A DNA stretch of 56,887 bases, the filler included, from Sphacelaria rigidula (Eukaryota): NCBI GenBank assembly GCA_964200075.2. It is 6 parts of 6 records of this genome, joined end to end, with 100 filler letters (N's around TTAATTAATTAA, not from the genome) between each part and the next. Parts side by side here need not be neighbours in the genome. Positions count along the whole stretch, not along the records: positions 47,491 to 56,887 come from CAXNAA020008596.1; 5 more parts are not named here. One strand, 5' to 3'. Positions 49,001 to 56,887 of this stretch are shown here, piece after piece. The number at the start of each line of letters is the position of its first letter. Position 1 is the first letter of the stretch. A program made the position numbers and the translations under genes. The notes under the pieces are model-generated. The model ran no database searches and was not told the origin of the DNA. It worked only from the letters and a program-made list of their open reading frames with translations.

Positions 49001-49814
49001 GGAGTAACACGGAGAACACAGGCGGTAGTCACGCAAAATTAATCGAGAACTTGAAAAAAATACTATCAGGCATTGTTAGTAGTACGGTGATCGCAAGGCG
49101 AACCGAGATTGAAGCATAAAGTAGTGTAGTTCCTCACAAACCGCACGACGTCTTCATGTACGTCATACCTGAGATTTCCCTCGATGAACTACTCATCATC
49201 CATCCAGGCCGGTTCGCAGGCACGGTGGGCGGTGTCTCTTATGCAGATCACGTTCCTGCTCTTGCGCACTTTCTTTATCCCTTGGTTGCAGATGTGAAAC
49301 GACTTGCTATCCATGTGATACACACTGTGCTTCTCTGAAACACATACATACACCACGACACTGGTGGCTACTCGTGAGCCTACTGTGCCGAAAGCTATAT
49401 GATCTCCACATTTGAGCGCTAGCTTCTCTAGTTCTCGGCGTGATAACTCCTCCCAGTCTCCATCGTGGTATCGTACTCGCCTGAAGCGATTCCCGTAAAC
49501 ATGTACCTGACCTTTTTGCCGCCCACCGTCAAAGTCTTTCCATAAAAATGGCACCTATCCGTGGGGAATGCTTCGAGGCATTGCTATGTGTGGCGAAAAA
49601 AGCTTCGGGGCATCGCTGCGTGGCAAGGGGGTACAAGTGAACCAGCGATCCATGTGTGTGGTGAGTGTTCCAGTAGAAGATCGAACTGTGTTACGCGTTC
49701 AAGAGCAGCAAAGTATCCGCGAGGAAGTGTGAAATAGGGTCAAGACATCAGCTAAATCGTTTTCGGAACGGCTACTTACCTCACGATACTCGACACTTGT
49801 TAATCGGTTAACAA

Positions 49815-50780
49815 TTTTTTTCCACTGCCCTCAAGGAGGCCATGGAGCTGCCATACGTGAAGCCGTGGATACCGCGGCTGGCAGTGAGACGAATCTAGCC
49901 TTCAACAACTCAACGGGTACACACTCGTAATGCGCTCGGAAGTTCTTCCTGGACAGAATGTTTATGGATCAATGTGGGCCTTCAAAGTCAAGCTCGATCA
50001 CGTGCACAAGGCGCGCTTGTACCCTAGGGCTGGAACCAAGTGCCAGGCAGGGACTGCGGCGGCTCCTTCTTCCGTGTTTGCAGATTTCAGAGCATTCGAA
50101 TGGTGCTCGATATCTCGACGGAAATGGACTGGAAGGGCATCCAGCAAGAGGTAACTGCTTTCCTTTACGCGGACCTCGAGGAAACATGTTTGTTGAATTG
50201 GCACCCTACTGTTGTGAGATCACGGACAAGGAGTGAATTCAGCTCGTAGTGAAACTGAGAAAGAGCCTATATGGGCCAGTTCAAAGTCCCAAGCACTGAT
50301 GGAAAACTATCGACCCGACCCTGGTGGACATCAGGCTTATCTCGCTCAAGTCCAACGCCTGCATTTATCTACATCTACAGCATAACCACGACGACACGGT
50401 GGTCATCCTCACCATTCATGTGGACGATCCCCTCGCCGTTGGAGGCAACACTCAGGTGATCGAGACCATCAAATGCCAGTTGATGGGCAGATTCAACACG
50501 ACGGACATGAGCGATGTATGTTTCGTTTTGAGCATGCATATTACGCGCGACCCCCCAAAAAGGCACGCTGACTAATAACGAGGAGAGCTACATCAATAGT
50601 CCACTCTGGACCGATTTGGCATGGGAAGCTAGCTGTAAGCCTTGAGTACTTCTGGCTTCGGTTCGAAGCTGTCCATGGAGTAGCCGGAGGGCACTCTCCT
50701 CACGGATGAAAGACGCAGTGGTACCAAGCTATTAGGGGCGCGGTCATGAACCGCGCACAGATCATGTTGTACGTAACATG
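49815..50780 (+). mobile_element. Ty1/Copia reverse transcriptase relic
   Basis: KEAMELP, WAFKVK...KARL, GWNQVPGRDCGG..F..VCRFQSIRMVL, TAFLYADLEE, KLRKSLYG, ILTIHVDD, LMGRF..TDM. Frameshifted. Confidence 0.85.
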
Positions 50781-52033
50781 TACTACATGGGTTTGGGTTA
50801 CAAGTTGGAAAATAATGGCAAGAAACCCGCCATTTCGCAGCGAAAAGCAAGTGGGGGGGGCGAGGGGGGGCTAGGGCCTAAGAATCGTAATACAGGCCCC
50901 ATTGCTCAGTTTGCTAGAAATGAATACGCGGCATATCTAAAACGAACCACCACTCCTGGGGAGCAATACTTCAAGAGCGTAACCGTCTGTGCAACACGGC
51001 ACTCAACGCCGGTGAGTCTTACTCTTTACAGTGAGTCTTACCAACTCTAATCCGTTCAACTCTATTCCTATTTCATCCGCCATCATCTATTGTATGAATC
51101 TATTGTTTCCGCTGTACTGCATTGGAAATTGGCTTGCACCATGAATCCTCCAGCAAATAGATATGTAAGGTTCACTCCACTTCAAGGCCGAGTGAGTCTC
51201 ACGCGCAGGCGGCCCAATTTTCCTTGCACTATACTACCTTCTAGTAGGGTATCCACTCTACAACCACTACAACAGATGCCGCTCTGTATGCCCCATTCCA
51301 GAGATCTGCGGGAGATGGCCTGCTTTTCGGATCCAACAAAAACTAACTCGCAGGAGTCGACCCCCCTCTTTCGAAGCACACCTGAACCCTCTCTACAGGG
51401 CCACCATAATTTTCACATCTAATTGGGACGCGGCGGACGGGATGGTGGGCGGGGGGTCAAGGATAACTACAGCAATCGGAACATAGCAAGAAAATGGAAA
51501 AAAAGGCGGGTATTGTATTTAGAGCAATATGAGCAAGGGCCGCCTATCGTGGGGTATAGCATGTAACATCCGCACTTCGTGTTTTAACCAGTACTTCGTG
51601 TTTATCACCAGTACTTAACGCTCATCACCAGTACTTTGTGTATCAGCCTCGACGATCGATTCTTGTCCATTTTCGATATTCATGTCAGTGTAAGTACCCA
51701 CAACACTGTATGCCATTACGTTGAATACCAACCCTGCCGATGCGGTGGGATTACCCACCTGAAGGTGAGCTAAACCTTCTGAAATAAAACACAATGCGCG
51801 AAATCATGTGAAGACGAAACTAGGACTGACTATTATGTCCTGTAAACTCGAAATACACGCGCACAAACTACCCAACTATACGTGCATGAACTGCTGGATG
51901 GCCGAGACTTGGAACGCACACGCGCGAAACTACACTGTGTCGGTACACATGTCATGCACTGCAAAATGAATGCATAAGAGGTGAAAAAAACAAGAAAAAA
52001 AATGTCAATCTTCCCTCCAAAAATAAGATAAAT

Positions 52034-52187
52034 TTAAGTGATCGAAAACGGGATCGCATCATCGAACGGAATCTGCTCCCCTGGGGGGTAAACGCCCGCG
52101 AAGACCTTCAGATCTGTCAACTCCGCGATGCCCGCCTCGTTGGGAGCGAAGATGTTGTTGCCCCCGCCCGGCATTCGTTCGTAGTAG
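52034..52187 (-). CDS. TLDc-domain protein, last exon
   Basis: SYYERMPGGGNNIF...ELTDLKVFAGVYPPGEQIPFDDAIPFSIT*. The phase-2 acceptor ttcag| matches the 52762 donor. Confidence 0.82.
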
Positions 52188-52761
52188 CTGAACATACATT
52201 CGGACATTCCCAGTGAGAGACAGCACGAAACAACAGCAACCGCAACAACAATAGGTGATGACAACAGCAAGGGGTATGGGGAAGGGGGGCAACGATGCCG
52301 GTGAGTAGGTAAGGGCGGAGGTGGGACATCTCTTGTCTTTGAAACGTGCTCGATTGAAAAACAAAATGGACGAATTCACCGGTATGCTGTATGTTTGCTC
52401 CTTACAAGATTTTGTGCGGCATGGTTTTTGGTTGCTGGTGGTGTGCGCTACAACTGAAGGAAGTATCTCTCTCAGAGGTGTGCTCGGTCATGAAATGACA
52501 AAAAAGCAGCGATGAGTTGGTGATATCTATGCCGAGCACAAAATCTTGGGGAGGGTCGTGTCCGTGTCCGATCCTACATGGTCGCGATCTGAAACATTGC
52601 AATGCACCGGACCACACGGTGACTGCGGGTATCGTTCACAGTCTGAGCAACTTCGGGACTGCTGAGATCTACTTAAGGAAGATTCCCATTGTTATCAAAC
52701 AACAGTGCGTCGGAAGTGACTGAAGAAGGCACGAAGCGTATGCTGTACATGCGATGCTCAC

Positions 52762-52883
52762 CTGCCTAGCTTACACCTAGCAACTTTAGGACTCGTTTGC
52801 TGCATGGCGACGCCGAAACCGTCGGATCCAAATAACGGTCCGGTCTCCGGCTTGTCCCACACTGCCAATCCAGCGCCGCCAAT
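52762..52883 (-). CDS. TLDc-domain protein, internal exon
   Basis: IGGAGLAVWDKPETGPLFGSDG...ARCKLG contains the TLDc GPxFG motif. Bounded by acacag| and |gtgagc. Confidence 0.85.
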
Positions 52884-53382
52884 CTGTGTTTTACCAGGAG
52901 GGGGGGGGCGGGGTGTCATCTCGCGCAAAGTCACCCCAAGATGAGCAGGGTGTGAATTTGCCGCTCGTAACACGGGGGCTTGTTCGTCAGCGTGACGCAC
53001 AAATGATATACTAATTCGGGTGTGTCTTCGTTGGCGCACATGGATCTTCGTGAGGCTATCAACGTGTCACTGAGTATAAATATTAAGATTGCTTGGTGGA
53101 TTGATCGATTGATTTGTCGCGCATCACCCCACCCGTTATAAAGGCAGCCAGCATGGCCACAAGTTAGACGTCGGTATACAGTGAACAAAGGGATGATACT
53201 TCCCAAGAGGAAACTCAATAAAGGGGAATATATAGAACAGAAAGGAGGGAAGGAACAGATAAATCTGGCGAGGAGGAGAATAAGGAACATAAATCAGAAA
53301 GGAAATGAAGGGGGAAGGAAGCGGAAACACCAGGGTAGGACCTAGTACCACTTCCGAGTAAGAAGCTGTCACCCATACAGCC

Positions 53383-54155
53383 ACCGTCCCCCAGTGGTGT
53401 AACTGACACACAGGTAGTAACAGTAACCGCTTAGAGCACGGGATTTCACAAATTGGGGATGGATTTCTCATTGAGGGTGAGAAACCCGGAGAATTAAAAT
53501 CTTCGTATCCACACCAAATCTTCGAAACAGGGTTCCATTTCTTCACCCACTGGTAGCTATCGACAACTACTACACGCCGTACAAATTTGGAATTCGATAA
53601 CCGAAGTGTTGGGGTCCTAGGTGAAAAATCATTTTTGGGGAATTTCGGCGATCGATCTGATCGGATCATCTAAATTTCCCAAGATTGTTTCTTCACCTAG
53701 GACCCCAACATGTCGATTATCAGGATACAAATTTGTACGGCGTGTAGTAGTTGTCGATAGCTACCAGTGGGTGAAGAAGACGAACTATTATATATGTCGA
53801 AGAGTTGGTGTGGATACGAAGATTTGAATTTCTCCGGGTCCTCATTCTCAATAAAAAAAATCATCCCCAGTTTGTAAAATCCCGTCTTTTAGGCGGTCGG
53901 TCGCAGGGGTCGAATGCCGACAAATATCATTCTTGTGCATAATCTACTTCCTGCCGTCTGAAGCACGAGGACGCGAGGAGCACAAGGACGTTCGACGAGA
54001 ATCGACGTGGTGCGAGAGTATTGATCCAGCCCTCGAAACAACAATGTCAGGCAGCTATTGCACCGAGGACGGAAATAGAGTTGGTCCTCCCTCCGGCTTC
54101 TTACTGACTCGTCCCGAGCACGAGATGGGTTCGAAAGATGATAAAAAAAAAAAAA
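53383..54155 (+). mobile_element. SINE family B-related copy split by a MITE
   Basis: The A-box part (cagtggtgtaa) lies before 53431. The B-box part (ggtcgaatgcc), core and A tail lie after 53891. Confidence 0.55.
53434..53888. mobile_element. PIF/Harbinger-like foldback MITE
   Basis: tta|GAGCACGGGATTTCACAAATTGGGG...CCCCAGTTTGTAAAATCCCGTCTT|tta, with inverted arms of about 200 bp. Confidence 0.8.
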
Positions 54156-54282
54156 CGAGGCAGGTCTTCCAAGATCATGTTGCAGAACGCCACAACACAC
54201 TAACGCCAGTATATTCGATCTGTTCTTTTCCGGTCAGTTATTTGTACATGTGCACACGTTTTTTGCTTTACTATAACCCGCT

Positions 54283-54590
54283 GCGCCCGCCGGTGGTCTT
54301 ATGATACAATGTGAAACCGTTGGGTCGGAAAAAATGCCAATTTGGCTCGATTCACAGTAGAAGAACTTCTGTTTTTTCTTTATTCCCTGAAAAAGTATCT
54401 GAGTTCCGTCGTAGAATAGGCGGGAGCGTGAGTAGCAAAAAAGTGGCTTGACGACAGTCGAAGCGGTGCGGGAGTGCTGATCCAATCCGTGGCAGCCGGG
54501 TATAAAGTGTGTGCCTGGGGAGAGATGAGTCAATGCCCTGAGACCACGGACTCGTCCCGAGAAATAAGTTGAAAGCGTGACGAATGTGTT
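54283..54590 (+). mobile_element. SINE family B-related copy with a different head
   Basis: The core gcggtgcgggagtgctgatccaatccg...gagaccacggactcgtcccga is shared, while the 5' head is divergent. Confidence 0.6.
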
Positions 54591-55084
54591 TGTATACATA
54601 CATATATGAACGGGACACGCGAACAGCGGGCATGTTCCACTCGACCCAGGACGGTGTGTGTTCCGTCGATAGGTTCTCAACTTCGTGGGGGGTGCCACGG
54701 GACGTGTGATACGTCTCGCGTGTGTGATTGTGTCACGGGACGTGTCTTACGGAACTGTAAGACTGAGCCGTGTGGTACACTGACGACTCCACCCCCTGTT
54801 TATTGCTCCGTCTCGAAAGGGATGCGTGGTCAATGGTCACACGACTAAGGCAAGCAACAAATGAGTACGCCCCCCCCTGTTTATCCAGAAGGATTATGGC
54901 GACCCGAACAGGGATGGACAATGGCACTGTTGTAAGTAGGCGTGTTACAGTAGATACAGATAAGTGGCGATATGGCAGTATCCGCACACAGGCGTTTTTT
55001 TTCAGCAAAATGGTGTTATCTGGACTGGTCATTACGGTATGCCCTCGTATTGGTCGATCCACACTTGTAATAACGGTACAGTAC

Positions 55085-55196
55085 CTTTCTAAGCTTGACC
55101 GCCGGTCGGCTAGTATCACCGTCCCTCCAGGTGAAGAGGAAGGCTGAAAGACCAGGCCTGTATTCCCCGTATCCAACCCAGCCCTTCGGATTGTAC
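55085..55196 (-). CDS. TLDc-domain protein, internal exon
   Basis: (G)YNPKGWVGYGEYRPGLSAFLFTWRDGDTSRPAVKLRK contains TLDc GGY...AFLF motifs. Bounded by ggcag| and |gtac. Confidence 0.85.
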
Positions 55197-56887
55197 CTGC
55201 CAAACGTGTAGATACACAGCAGAAGAAACAAACGCACGTGTCGAAGATTGTTTGATTCGCTACAACCAGGCACTTTATCCGCGAGGTAGTTTCAGATCTG
55301 TATTTACTGTGAAAACATTCATTGACACAAGTTACAAATGTTAACACCTGCACCTGTGGTTACTACAGCCCGAGGGCCAGGTTATCCATCGCAGCGTATT
55401 TCTAAAGGTCGTTCCGTTTTATGGTCATTTCTTGGCTGTCACGGTGCTCTCGAGGGGCTCGCTGCAGCACCGTATCTCCTTCTCTGCAGCAACCAACCCT
55501 CCGATGAGAGAACAAAATCATCACAAAACATTCCCATGTGGGTGTCGCTACATTGTATGTGCGGAGTGATCACTTGTACGTCTTGTCAACCGGTGACGAA
55601 GCCAGTACAGGAGCAGGTCCAACCGTGGACTGCTCGAGAGGCCCGAAACTCTCGTGTCTGTACAGAAGAATTTGCGGGACCCCAAGTGACAGTTGCCAAC
55701 AGGGCAAGAGCTCCACACAACAAGAGCCACCGTTGAGCCCTGGATAGTCACAGCTGAACTCCATTTCAACAAAACACGAGATATTTTGTACCACATGAAG
55801 GTTGACTCCAAGAGCCTACCCCCCCCCCCCCGACTACGGTCAATCCTTGCCTGAATAACAAGGAAGAAAATCATTGTCCAGCCTTGACGGTTGCTACCGT
55901 CCACCGGAGGGTCACGCCAGTTTCACAAACGCACCGCGAGTCGAAACAATTTCACGTTTGCGAAGCACCCGGACTACATACAGAGTAGATCAATCATGGC
56001 GACACCACCCACTGCACTCCAGGTGCTTATGCCGAGCAAGAGCAAGAACACGTCGCTCGGATGCCAGGTTCTAGCCGCGTTTCGTTCGTCATAACGCAAA
56101 AAACAAACTGCTAACCTCAGTGACCGACACTGAACAGAGCGCTACTTTTTTGCAATAAAACATTTTTGTTTCTCTGGTTCTCCTCGGCGACCAATAAAGT
56201 GGGCGATGCTGGAAGGATGTGATACCAAACGCGCCTTTTTCCGCTCGTGGCGGGATTCCCTCTCTGACCGGGGGAAGGGGAGGAGGCGTTTTGGCGTGGA
56301 CTGTGCCGTCATATGGCCGCTGCTCCTCCACAACACCGATATGTTTCATCAATCATCAATCGAATACTGCCCTCCCCATGCAGTATACGGGATGCCGAGG
56401 CAAGAGCGAGAACGGGTGAAGCAAACCATGGTCATCATTTAAACCACAGTCTCGTGAGGGAGGGGGCTGAATGCTGCATTAAGGCATAGTACGGCAAGTT
56501 CTGTGCGCGAGGACTTCATGATAATGGCCCACACGTACACACTCATGTACGATTGCCTGAATCGCTAAAGCAGTGCAGGGCGACAAGACAAGAATACCAC
56601 AAAACAACCTCAACCTCCCTTCCCGCCCCCCCCGATCTCCTCCCGTTGAGGATTGGCGTTGGTTGGCAACGACCCTTTGAAACACGCCACTCACTGCGTA
56701 AGCTAGGCAACCGGGGTACTGCTATTTGTGTAATCTCTCTCGCATTTTTTGTGGTGACCATGATGGTGGTCGAGTTAGATCATGTTGTGCGGGGTGGAAA
56801 ACTTCAACTCCCCCCTGCTCCGTCTCGAAAGGGATGCGTGGTCAATGGTCAAACGACTAAGGCAAGCAACAAATGAGTACGCCCCCC

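Noticed and set aside
3168-55196. Functional cluster of ubiquitin, LRR, SART1, DUF1015 and TLDc genes
   Set aside because: Each gene lies on a different concatenated contig.

Overview
Eukaryotic, intron-rich and TE-dense DNA, most consistent with a brown alga (Phaeophyceae); this is inferred from intron style, 72-bp LRR exons and TE types. The window is not one locus. It is six contigs of 9399, 9398, 9398, 9398, 9397 and 9397 bp, joined by 100-bp N44-TTAATTAATTAA-N44 spacers, so no linkage can be inferred across spacers. Five partial spliced genes were reconstructed by hand with consistent exon phases: (1) a divergent single ubiquitin flanked by an upstream LRGG and an acidic C-terminal extension, resembling the complex-plastid SELMA ubiquitin sUbi/PUBL; (2) a gene joining a 72-bp LRR exon to a multi-pass membrane domain with XK-like motifs; (3) SART1/Snu66, with an inferred GC-AG intron; (4) a DUF1015-family gene; (5) a TLDc-domain gene. 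The rest consists of Copia, Gypsy and LINE relics, two tRNA-headed SINE families, several MITE families (some nested) and a roughly 3.3-kb decayed intron-poor ORF of unknown origin. The LRR-membrane fusion and the sUbi-like gene are the most interesting candidates. All family assignments rest on recalled motifs, not database searches.
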